Source: Candidatus Sumerlaeaceae bacterium (GTDB lineage Bacteria; Sumerlaeota; Sumerlaeia; Sumerlaeales; Sumerlaeaceae). From it: a stretch of 64,000 bases of DNA. Position 1 is the stretch's first letter, and the number at the start of each line of letters is the position of its first letter. The position numbers and the translations under genes were made by a program. Shown here in pieces: positions 18,273 to 26,799 of the stretch. The notes beneath the pieces are model-generated. The model saw nothing but the letters and a program-made list of their open reading frames with translations. It ran no database searches and was not told the DNA's origin. The stretch is taken from assembly GCA_051003195.1 (NCBI GenBank), contig JBPCLP010000047.1, positions 96,001 through 160,000 on the forward strand, read 5' to 3'.

Positions 18273-18368
18273 TGTTGTTTACCGTTAGTTCGTAATAAGT
18301 TCTGTGTGCCGAATCGAGGGTATGTTTGCCCTTGGGTCTGATAATGAACTTCTGATTCGGCACTCTGG
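18269..18368 (+). mobile_element. ~100-bp MITE-like repeat, subfamily A copy 2 (tandem with B1)
   Basis: TACCGTTAGTT...TTCTGTGTGCCGAATCGAGG...GAACTTCTGATTCGGCAC as in 1037-1135; shares the CTCG junction with B1. Confidence 0.8.
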
Positions 18369-18435
18369 ATAATCGGTTGGTATGGCGTCTGAACAGGTTT
18401 GTTGACATGGATAGAGCCGCATCTGGATTTAGTGT

Positions 18436-21096
18436 GTGATCGCACGTAGAGTCGTTTCCCTTTTCCTTAGCCTTTGGGCGCTGGCAGCAAATGCAGCGCA
18501 ACCGTTCAAACTTGCGGATTTTGAGACTTCCACCAGTTATGGCGTCATTAACGATTCGAAGATCACAAGCGCCGCAGTTATACGGATTTCCAATGCCCTC
18601 GATGGCTCCCAGGGTCTGAGGTTCACAGCTGGTCTGGTGGGTTCCGAAGCAGGTTGGGCGGGCGTTTCCATTCCGGTTACGCCAGGGTCCCTTTCAACAG
18701 GCGTTGATCACATCGAATTGGATGCCCGCTCGGACGAACGTTCCCGGGGCATTTTTGTGACATTGTCGGAGAACGATGGCTCGCGTTGGAACGCGTTCGT
18801 CGGCGTCACGCGTGAGTGGAAGCACCAAAGTATTCCGCTATTTCAATTTCGCTGGTTCTCAGGTCCTGAAACTCGACGTCGGTCCCATCCTCGCCCTGCT
18901 GAAATACGCTCTGTCGAACTGTGGGTCGGAAATACATTCCAGGGCATGAATGGCTTTCAGTTGGACAACGTCTTCGCAATCGACCGCGTGCCTGCGTTGT
19001 CGCTGAAATTGCGAGAACAAGGCGAGCTCAACCAGCAGAAGAATACAACCCTGACCCTCCAGGCATTTGCCGGGGGGACAGTGGCGCCTTTCGACGGCAC
19101 GGTCTGGTTGGAAGTGAACGACCGAGCGGATGCGCTGCTACCAGGCAGCATCCAAATGCGAAACGGCAGGGGCGAGTTCCAGATCTTCCCAAGAAAAGCC
19201 GGCCCGCTGCAGTTGCACGCATATGAACCTGTTTCTGACAACGAGATGGTTACTACACTGACTGTTACCCCGGCAGAGCTGCAGGTGCATCTCGAGACTA
19301 TACCATTTGCTGGCGAGCAGGTAATGTACGTCAACGAGAAGCTGGCACCTCAGCTCTCCCTGTCAGGAAACGCCGTGCCGTTGTCAGCGCACATCGAAGT
19401 AACCAATCACCTGGGCCGTCGGTTGTTTTCTTCGTTCTTCAGACTCGCAGACCTGCACACCGATCGCGGGCAGCTCATGATCACAGAGCCCGGCATGATG
19501 CGGGTCAAAGTTCGCGCGATTGCGGAACCCGTATCGGCACTGCCCCACGTCGAAAACAATATGCCGATTCGGCTGTGGGATGTACCCAGCACGGCCTCGG
19601 CTATCCAGTTGCCCGCCGGCGTCACCACCAGCAGTGTCATGTCTGCCTTCCAGCTTACGCTTGAGGACGTTCCCTCCACTGCAACTGTGCTCGGCGAAGA
19701 TAGGTATCCACTGCTTGTGCTCGCCGATACGCCGCGGGAAATTTATTTTAATAAATGGTTCTTCGGGCTGTGTGGCGGCGCGCTGTCTCATCTCGAATAC
19801 GATGAGTTTCCAACCATTGGTGACAAGCGGCTCAAATGGCATCGGAAACTCGGCTGCGGGTGGGGACGCAACGATCTCTGGTGGCATGCAATCATGCCCG
19901 ACAAAGTAAGTTGGGCGTGGCAAAAATCCGGTGATATCATCAGACGCTACCGCGTCAATCGGCTCAGACTGCTGGCAGTGCTGGCCTACGAAGCAGCGTG
20001 GAGCAAAGACAAGTCCCCCGCGGATGAAGAAGCCCGTCACGATTGGGAGAAGTTTGTTCGCAGGCTCAACCAGGAATCCAACAACATGATCTACGGCTAC
20101 GAAGTCTGGAACGAGCCAAACCACGGTTTCTGGAAACCAGCTCCAGATGTGTACGCTTATCGCGAACTGGTGAAGACAACGTGGAATGCGGTTCGGACTT
20201 CCGGTACCCAGGAAGTTCCCGGACCGCGGGTGGTTGCCGGCGCGACCGCCGGTTTTGACCCTGTGTTCCTTGGAAAATTGTTGGACGACGGTTATGATGA
20301 GTATCTCGATGTACTGAGTTGCCATCCTTATCCTGAAGCCCGCAGCAAGTCGCCCGAAGAAAACGGGCTGCCGGAGATCCTCGATGAAGCCCGGGAGATG
20401 TTGCGCGCCCGCAAGCTCAAGAAGGAACTGTGGATAACAGAGCTCGGCTGGCCCACAGGACCCGCCGGAGTCTCCGACAAAGAACAGGCAAACTACTTCG
20501 TCCGTGCTTCCACCATGGCCCTGCACAAGGGCTTCGATAAATTATTCTGGTTCAATCTATACGACTGGGGCCCAGGCTTCAAACACGATGACTTTGGCGC
20601 GCTCACGGGTTTGCTGGATTACAATTACCACCCCAAGCTCGCGGCTTCGGCATATAACATAGCCACTTATATGCTGGCGGTTGTCAATCCGCGCGAGCAA
20701 ACGCAACAGGGCAAAGCCACCATCTACTCATTCGACATCGAACGCCAAAGCGTAAAGTACGAAGGCCGGATGCACGTTGCATGGACACTGTCGCCTGGAG
20801 ACGAACAGGACATTGAAATGCCAATGGTAATGAACGGGGGAGCGTTTGCTATCGATTATCTGGGAGCGGAGCATCAGGTGCAGCTTGTAAAAACCGAGTA
20901 CGAGGATGACAAAAATTCGACAGCGACTGGGGCATCCACTCTCGCAAATGCCGACAGGAGTACTTCCGATTCGGTGGCGGAAAACATGAGCATGGACGAC
21001 CGTCCATCCACTCGCACTTACCGCTTCCACGTTACTAACGAGCCGCTATATATCTGGGACGCGACACTGCCCCGACTGGTGAAAAAATCAAAGTGA
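18436..21096 (+). CDS. Secreted multidomain clan GH-A glycoside hydrolase (GH39/GH5-like) with N-terminal CBM11/CIA30-like domain
   Basis: Signal peptide; LADFE N-terminal beta-sandwich; YEVWNEPN, SCHPY and WITELGW motifs. Confidence 0.75.
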   Translation: MIARRVVSLFLSLWALAANAAQPFKLADFETSTSYGVINDSKITSAAVIRISNALDGSQGLRFTAGLVGSEAGWAGVSIPVTPGSLSTGVDHIELDARSDERSRGIFVTLSENDGSRWNAFVGVTREWKHQSIPLFQFRWFSGPETRRRSHPRPAEIRSVELWVGNTFQGMNGFQLDNVFAIDRVPALSLKLREQGELNQQKNTTLTLQAFAGGTVAPFDGTVWLEVNDRADALLPGSIQMRNGRGEFQIFPRKAGPLQLHAYEPVSDNEMVTTLTVTPAELQVHLETIPFAGEQVMYVNEKLAPQLSLSGNAVPLSAHIEVTNHLGRRLFSSFFRLADLHTDRGQLMITEPGMMRVKVRAIAEPVSALPHVENNMPIRLWDVPSTASAIQLPAGVTTSSVMSAFQLTLEDVPSTATVLGEDRYPLLVLADTPREIYFNKWFFGLCGGALSHLEYDEFPTIGDKRLKWHRKLGCGWGRNDLWWHAIMPDKVSWAWQKSGDIIRRYRVNRLRLLAVLAYEAAWSKDKSPADEEARHDWEKFVRRLNQESNNMIYGYEVWNEPNHGFWKPAPDVYAYRELVKTTWNAVRTSGTQEVPGPRVVAGATAGFDPVFLGKLLDDGYDEYLDVLSCHPYPEARSKSPEENGLPEILDEAREMLRARKLKKELWITELGWPTGPAGVSDKEQANYFVRASTMALHKGFDKLFWFNLYDWGPGFKHDDFGALTGLLDYNYHPKLAASAYNIATYMLAVVNPREQTQQGKATIYSFDIERQSVKYEGRMHVAWTLSPGDEQDIEMPMVMNGGAFAIDYLGAEHQVQLVKTEYEDDKNSTATGASTLANADRSTSDSVAENMSMDDRPSTRTYRFHVTNEPLYIWDATLPRLVKKSK

Positions 21097-22940
21097 AAAA
21101 AAATGGCGGCAAACAGGCGCGTCCGACGACAGGCGCAAAACGGGATAGCAAAAAATCCAGGAGCAGCGACGGAGCGCAGCCAAATACTTTTGCAACGAAA
21201 CGTCCCAAGCGATGGGAAAGAGGAAATCGCTCTCCATCCCCCCGAGTAGCCACCACTGAACCCGCAGATCGAGCCAAAGCAGGCAGGGATCGCGACCACA
21301 CCCCGACGCAAAGTCCGTATGCATCCGCGGAGGCGGGAAAGTCCAGGAAACTGGATCGGCATCCGCGTAATTCTAAACCGTACGCACCGGCAGGTCGGGC
21401 AAAACCAAAGAAGCACGAAGAGCAGCCCCGAACGCAAAAACGTTACGGGTCCGATCTTCCATCCAGAACAACCAACGTTCGCGACCGGGCGCGCCTCCCA
21501 AAGCCCTATTCACCTTCGGACCGGGTTGAGCCAACGAAGGCACGCGCGAACGTGCCCTTGCAAAAAGCACGTGCGAACCTGCCCTTGCAAAAAGCACGTG
21601 CGAACCTGCCCTTCCGAAAACCGCCAGCCACTTTAGCTCCAGCAACCGCGAAGATAACGCACGATCGGCCGCAGTTTCAAAAACCGCTTTTATCAAAGCA
21701 TCCCGAAAAACCGTCCGGGTCGCCTGACCGGCGCACCACTGGCATTCCCACTGTGCATTCCAGTGGCTTACCCACGATCGTCGTTACCCTGAAAGATACA
21801 CGTTCCCAAAAAGTGCGGCACACCTGGTACTACGACAACATGGTAGCGAAAGAACCGGCGAACGCAGCCGAAGCAGATGGCAATGCTGTGGCGGTGATGG
21901 AACAACCCGGCAAATTCCTGGGTAGCGCGATCTACAACAGCCATTCTCGAATCCGCGCACGCATCTTCAGTCTCGATGCAACGCGCTTTAACGAAGCCTA
22001 CATTAAGGGTGCTCTCGAAGCCGCCATTGCACGCCGGCATCGGTTGTTCGCGCGAGAGGATTCCTGCCGCCTCGTTTTCGGTGATTCAGACGGGCTGCCG
22101 GGACTAATCGTCGATAAAATCGGCACTGTCCTTGTCATTCAGTTGCTGACGCTTGCGGCAGATCGCCATGCCACATTCATCGTCGACCAGCTACAGCGCA
22201 GCATCGCCCCTCGTGGAATTGTGATTCGCCGCGATCTGAACATCCGGGAAAAAGAGGGACTTCCGATACTCGAACCGGAGCTCATCGGCGAGGTACCGAC
22301 GCCCATTGAGGTCCAGCAGGATGGCTTTACCGTATACGCAGACTTACTCGCGGGTCAGAAGACAGGTCTGTTTCTGGACCAGCGTTTCAATCGACAGCTC
22401 ATCAAGCCATGGTGTAAAGATGCTCAGGTTCTTGATCTATTCTGCTACGTCGGAGCATGGTCGTTTACCGCTGCCCTTGGCGGTGCACGAAAAGTAATCG
22501 GTGTGGACTCATCCGCCGCCGCCATTGCACTGGCCGAACGCGCAGCCGCGACCAACGGATTTTCCAACGTTCGTTTTGAAACGTCTGACGTTTTTGAGTA
22601 CCTGGACAAAATCACGAGTGATACCCACAACGTGATTGTGTGTGACCCGCCCGCCTTCGCAAAAACCCGAACGCATGTCCACGATGCCTTAAAAGCCTAT
22701 CTGAGCCTCAATTATCGCTGCATGAAAAACCTCGCAGTTGGCGGCATACTGGCCACAAGCTCGTGCTCTCAACATGTCGGTGCCGATGAATTCGAAACCA
22801 TGCTCGAAACCGCCGCTCGCAATGCACGCATGCAGTTCCAGATCGTGGCGCGCAGTAGCCAGTCGCCTGATCACCCAGCCTTGCTCGGATTCCCTGAATC
22901 CGAGTATCTTAAGTGCTTCGTCCTTCAGCGGATTGAGTAG
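21093..22940 (+). CDS. rlmI: RlmI-like SAM-dependent rRNA methyltransferase with long basic N-terminal extension
   Basis: GDSDGLPGLIVD, GQKTGLFLDQR, VLDLFCY, DPPAF and EYLK motifs; GTGA overlap with the upstream gene. Confidence 0.85.
   Translation: MKKNGGKQARPTTGAKRDSKKSRSSDGAQPNTFATKRPKRWERGNRSPSPRVATTEPADRAKAGRDRDHTPTQSPYASAEAGKSRKLDRHPRNSKPYAPAGRAKPKKHEEQPRTQKRYGSDLPSRTTNVRDRARLPKPYSPSDRVEPTKARANVPLQKARANLPLQKARANLPFRKPPATLAPATAKITHDRPQFQKPLLSKHPEKPSGSPDRRTTGIPTVHSSGLPTIVVTLKDTRSQKVRHTWYYDNMVAKEPANAAEADGNAVAVMEQPGKFLGSAIYNSHSRIRARIFSLDATRFNEAYIKGALEAAIARRHRLFAREDSCRLVFGDSDGLPGLIVDKIGTVLVIQLLTLAADRHATFIVDQLQRSIAPRGIVIRRDLNIREKEGLPILEPELIGEVPTPIEVQQDGFTVYADLLAGQKTGLFLDQRFNRQLIKPWCKDAQVLDLFCYVGAWSFTAALGGARKVIGVDSSAAAIALAERAAATNGFSNVRFETSDVFEYLDKITSDTHNVIVCDPPAFAKTRTHVHDALKAYLSLNYRCMKNLAVGGILATSSCSQHVGADEFETMLETAARNARMQFQIVARSSQSPDHPALLGFPESEYLKCFVLQRIE
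21537..21617 (+). repeat. Three tandem 27-bp in-frame repeats (KARANLPLQ)
   Basis: AAGGCACGCGCGAACGTGCCCTTGCAA / AAAGCACGTGCGAACCTGCCCTTGCAA / AAAGCACGTGCGAACCTGCCCTTCCGA. Confidence 0.9.
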
Positions 22941-23039
22941 GCCCCTCCTCCTGCCCGCCGGTAAAAATTTCTGAAATCCATCGTTTCTAAACTTACCTCA
23001 AAAATAATTCCCAGCTCCAGGCTTGGGCGTAACTCGATC

Positions 23040-24488
23040 ATGTTGATCGGTGCCGAATTCGTCGGCCGGGCGATTAACATGGTCGTCTCCATCCTGATGC
23101 GGCGCTGGCTGCTTCCCGAACGCATGGGCGTCATGGGAACCATCACGTCCTACGGTGTCATCCCCGCCATCGTCGCAGAAGCCGGCATGACCCGCGCCAC
23201 AATCCAGCAGATCGCCCGAAGCGAACCCGAAGCCTTGCCCCTGCTCATCGGGCACATGGCCGCCACACGCCTCGCCACCAATTTTATCTACCTGCTTCTC
23301 ACGTGGACATCGCTCCTGCTGCCTTTTAACGACAAGTTGGCCTCGCAGGAAAAATGGTTTATTGTGATCTGGTCCTGCAGCATGGTCTTTCAATCGTTCC
23401 GACGCAATGCGGAAGCTGCGTTTCTTGCCACGGAAAAACTCCGCTACCAGTCACTGCTTGTAATTGTAAACCGTCTTGTCTCCGGCGCGCTGGTACTCGG
23501 CGTCATCCACTGGAACCGTCAATCACTCCATATCCCGCAGGGAGCACCGGGCTGGTACAGCATCATGGGATTCGTCTTTGGCGCATACCTTGTTGCAGAC
23601 CTCTTCGACTGGCTCCTGTCATGGATCGTCCTTCGCAAAAGCATCACGAACCCGGTCTTCAACTTCGATTGGCGTCCCAAGCTCCAACTGTTGATTGTGG
23701 GCTGGCCATTTGCGCTGCAGATGCTCGCCGGCCAGATCTATTTCTTTATCGATGTACCGCTGATCCGGTATTTATATAAGCGACCTGAAGCCGAGGTTTT
23801 GCGCGAAATCGGCGATTACGGTACCGCGTACAATATGATACTCGTGCTCATCTCGATTCCAATTAATCTGTCCTATACACTCTTTCCGCAAATGTCCCGC
23901 GCCTTCCACACCGGCGACCAAAGCCGTCTCTACTCGCTTTTTGGTTACAGCCTTCAACTAATGATTCTCGCAGGCACTCCAATCGCCCTCGCGTTCTTTC
24001 TGTTTCGCTCGGAATTTATCACGATAGTTTATGGGCCTTCGTACCTCCATGCCATACCCATGATGGCGGTGCTCGCCTGGACACTCCCCCTTGCGTTCGT
24101 GAACGCCACAATCAGCAACCTCATGGCAGCCTCTGATAAGCAGAACTTCGTAAACATTGCCATGATCACCGCGGCAGCCTTTAATGTGATCGTAAACGTG
24201 ATGGTCATTCCCGTGCACGGCGCAGTCGGCTCCAGCTTCGTTACACTTGCGACAGAGGCCGTCATGCTCCTGGTGCAGGTGATCTGCGTTCTCGCATTCC
24301 ATCGAGCAGCGTTTCACATGCGCAAAATCAGCCCCATGCTCATGTTCCAGCTGGCCTCCTTCTTCCTCTTTCTGTATGTGCAACACTTGCCAATAACAGT
24401 CAGGGTCATTGCATATCTGGTTTATGCAGTAGCCTGTGTGTTGTGGGGCCGCAAAATGGTGCTGGCACGCCGCTTTCAAACTGCGTAA
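23040..24488 (+). CDS. Wzx-type polysaccharide flippase
   Basis: Many TM helices; IGDYGTAY, LFPQMSR and HGAVGSSFVTLATE patterns; reading frame extends upstream, so start uncertain. Confidence 0.85.
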   Translation: MLIGAEFVGRAINMVVSILMRRWLLPERMGVMGTITSYGVIPAIVAEAGMTRATIQQIARSEPEALPLLIGHMAATRLATNFIYLLLTWTSLLLPFNDKLASQEKWFIVIWSCSMVFQSFRRNAEAAFLATEKLRYQSLLVIVNRLVSGALVLGVIHWNRQSLHIPQGAPGWYSIMGFVFGAYLVADLFDWLLSWIVLRKSITNPVFNFDWRPKLQLLIVGWPFALQMLAGQIYFFIDVPLIRYLYKRPEAEVLREIGDYGTAYNMILVLISIPINLSYTLFPQMSRAFHTGDQSRLYSLFGYSLQLMILAGTPIALAFFLFRSEFITIVYGPSYLHAIPMMAVLAWTLPLAFVNATISNLMAASDKQNFVNIAMITAAAFNVIVNVMVIPVHGAVGSSFVTLATEAVMLLVQVICVLAFHRAAFHMRKISPMLMFQLASFFLFLYVQHLPITVRVIAYLVYAVACVLWGRKMVLARRFQTA

Positions 24489-24577
24489 GTATTTAAGGAA
24501 CAGCAGTTTCTGCTTTACTTGCATCTCGCCTCACGTCACCAACACGCGCATAAGATGCATTGAGGAAGGATGGTCTC

Positions 24578-24868
24578 ATGAAGCTCAGTTTCAAGCTCTT
24601 CTTAACCGCTGCCGTTGCGGTCGCGCTGTTTGCCACGCCGTCAGCCGTGCAGGCCCATGGCTATGATACAGATGATGACGGACATCCACTCCGGTATTTC
24701 GCCTATCCGATCCATGCGATGGGTGTCGGCCTCGAGTACGCTGTTACCCGCCCGCTCCATTATGTTGCCTCGCAATGCAAGGTACGGCGAATTGTTGGCC
24801 ATGTATCGCATCCGAAAACCGACAACTACTGGGGCGACTGGGACCAGTATCAGCGCTACAGCTACTAA
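24578..24868 (+). CDS. Small secreted hypothetical protein
   Basis: GAGGAAGGA RBS; AxA signal peptide; His-rich HPLRYFAYPIH...RPLH segment; followed by a terminator. Confidence 0.75.
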   Translation: MKLSFKLFLTAAVAVALFATPSAVQAHGYDTDDDGHPLRYFAYPIHAMGVGLEYAVTRPLHYVASQCKVRRIVGHVSHPKTDNYWGDWDQYQRYSY

Positions 24869-24893
24869 CACCAGCTATAACAAAAAGCTTTTG

Positions 24894-24926
24894 ACGGCGG
24901 AATCCATGATTCCGCCGTTTCTATTG
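24894..24926 (+). terminator. Intrinsic terminator
   Basis: ACGGCGGAATC-CAT-GATTCCGCCGT followed by TTCTATT. Confidence 0.7.
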
Positions 24927-24963
24927 TAGCCTGAATCAATTTACAGACGGAGAACCAAATTAC

Positions 24964-25164
24964 ATGGCACAGCCGCGGGAACAGGAGTTGAGCAGCCGGC
25001 GGGGCGGCAACAAGAACAGCCCTCTGCATTTCCTGCATTTGCTGGTATCTACGCTCCTCCTGGTTACGGCCGCCGTGCTTTTAATTCGAGAGCAGAATTT
25101 GTTGGGTACAGGCGCGATGCTGCTCGGCGGCATTGTCGCTTTTCTGAATTTTCGCCACCGCTGA
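24964..25164 (+). CDS. Small two-TM membrane protein
   Basis: GGAG RBS; two hydrophobic helices. Confidence 0.55.
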   Translation: MAQPREQELSSRRGGNKNSPLHFLHLLVSTLLLVTAAVLLIREQNLLGTGAMLLGGIVAFLNFRHR

Positions 25165-25270
25165 CCAATTTGTTGGCAGTCTCCGCACCTCACACGATTG
25201 CGCATGCTGACGCCGCAGCGGTTCTTTTCGCTTGGCACCTCATCCTATGGTCTCGGAAGTTCCCGGTCTC

Positions 25271-26701
25271 ATGAGTGTTAGAATATACAATACTGCCACG
25301 CGCTCTAAGGAAGAATTTCTCCCGCAGCAGCCGCCCCATGTATCCATGTACAACTGTGGCCCGACGGTTTACGACTACTTCCATGTGGGAAACGCGCGGA
25401 ATTTCGTGGTCGTGGATGCGATCCGACGGCACCTCGAGTACCGCGGATTCAAAGTAAAGTTTGTCCAGAATTTCACCGATGTGGATGACAAGATCATCAA
25501 ACGCGCCCACGAGAGCGGCGACGCATGGGACGCACTGGCTAAACGCTTTACAGAAGCCTACTTTCGAAATGCGGACGCGCTCGCGGTGCGCCGTGCTGAT
25601 GTGCATCCATGCGCCACGCAGCACATTCCCCAGCAGATCCAGCTTGTTCAGAAGCTCATTGAGCGCGGCCTTGCCTACGAAAAGGGCGGCGACGTTTACT
25701 TTCGTGTACGTGCGTTTGACGGATACGGTAAGCTTTCCGGCAAAGACATCGATGACCTGCAGGAAGGCGCGCGCGTCAGCGTCGGGGAGCAAAAGGACGA
25801 CGCTCTGGATTTCGCGCTGTGGAAAACCGCGAAGCCCGGCGAGCCATTCTGGGAAAGTCCCTGGGGGCAGGGCCGTCCGGGCTGGCACCTTGAGTGCAGC
25901 GCCATGAGCATGGAACACCTCGGCGAGACCATCGACATCCACAGCGGCGGCGCCGATCTCATATTTCCCCATCACGAAAACGAGCGCGCACAGTCGATGG
26001 GCGCGACCGGAAAGCCTTTCGTGAAATACTGGCTGCACAATGGCTTCCTCACCATCGACAAGCAGAAGATGTCGAAGTCGCTTGGCAATTTCTTCACCAT
26101 CGACCAGGTCCTGGAACATTACGACCCGGCTGCCGTGCGTTTTTATCTGCTCTCCGCGCACTACCGACACCCCCTCGACTATAGCGAAGTTGCCCTTGAA
26201 GAGGCTAAGAGCGCTACCGCACGCATCCGCGAAGCTGTTGTTACCGCGGAGAAATTGCTCGGCTCGAGTCACTCCACCGCCGCGACACTGCCCGTGCAGG
26301 AACAGGTTTCCGTGGCCGAAACAAACTTCGACGAAGCGATGGACGACGACTTCAATACGCAGCGTGCGCTTGGCAGTATCTTTGAGCTCGTGACTCTATT
26401 AAATGATGCACGCCAGCGAATCGCGTCCGATGATTACGCGCGTGGTACGGCCGTCTCTGTCATTGCGACGATCCATAAATTACTGGTTCGACTCGGCCTG
26501 GACGAACTGATGTTCCAGACTGCCGACGCTGGCGCCACAAGCGACCTGGCCGAAAATCTTGTCCAGTTGCTGATTCGTACCCGGCAGCTTGCGAAAGAGA
26601 ATAAGCAGTATAAAATTGCCGATACAGTTCGTGACGAACTCGCTGCACTGGGAATCCGGTTACAGGATCATCCAACCGGAACGATCTGGCTCAAAGACTA
26701 G
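25271..26701 (+). CDS. cysS: Cysteine--tRNA ligase
   Basis: CGPTVY..HVGN, DFALWK, GRPGWHLECSAM and KMSKS motifs. Confidence 0.97.
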   Translation: MSVRIYNTATRSKEEFLPQQPPHVSMYNCGPTVYDYFHVGNARNFVVVDAIRRHLEYRGFKVKFVQNFTDVDDKIIKRAHESGDAWDALAKRFTEAYFRNADALAVRRADVHPCATQHIPQQIQLVQKLIERGLAYEKGGDVYFRVRAFDGYGKLSGKDIDDLQEGARVSVGEQKDDALDFALWKTAKPGEPFWESPWGQGRPGWHLECSAMSMEHLGETIDIHSGGADLIFPHHENERAQSMGATGKPFVKYWLHNGFLTIDKQKMSKSLGNFFTIDQVLEHYDPAAVRFYLLSAHYRHPLDYSEVALEEAKSATARIREAVVTAEKLLGSSHSTAATLPVQEQVSVAETNFDEAMDDDFNTQRALGSIFELVTLLNDARQRIASDDYARGTAVSVIATIHKLLVRLGLDELMFQTADAGATSDLAENLVQLLIRTRQLAKENKQYKIADTVRDELAALGIRLQDHPTGTIWLKD

Positions 26702-26792
26702 CGTCCCAGAAGTTCATAGCTATACTTCAGGGAGCTTTCGAGCTCGGACGGCACACAAAACCAGGGAACGAATTAATGGAACACTACACCAG
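26698..26792 (-). mobile_element. MITE-like repeat, subfamily B copy 2 (5-bp deletion near one end)
   Basis: Reverse complement matches 18173-18272; terminal CTAG contains the cysS stop codon. Confidence 0.78.
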
Positions 26793-26799
26793 TGTTTCG

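Noticed and set aside
18173..18368. CRISPR array or integron attC sites
   Set aside because: No repeat-spacer periodicity or cas genes; no RYYYAAC/GTTRRRY ends, cassette organisation or integrase.
18224..18501. Short minus-strand ORFs
   Set aside because: They run through the repeat elements and lack coding features.
24463..24478. Sigma-54 promoter TGGCACG-N4-TTTCA; similar site at ~17874
   Set aside because: The invariant -12 GC is missing in both; the first lies inside the flippase CDS.
24830..24868. GDWDQY near the C-terminus as a third example of the W-tail
   Set aside because: Lacks the T-A and terminal spacing of the other two; may be chance.
25190..26272. Long antisense ORFs (also 9747-11030, 38152-39489, 4931-6067, 19384-20526)
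   Set aside because: Shadow frames of well-supported genes in GC-rich DNA; no recognisable motifs.
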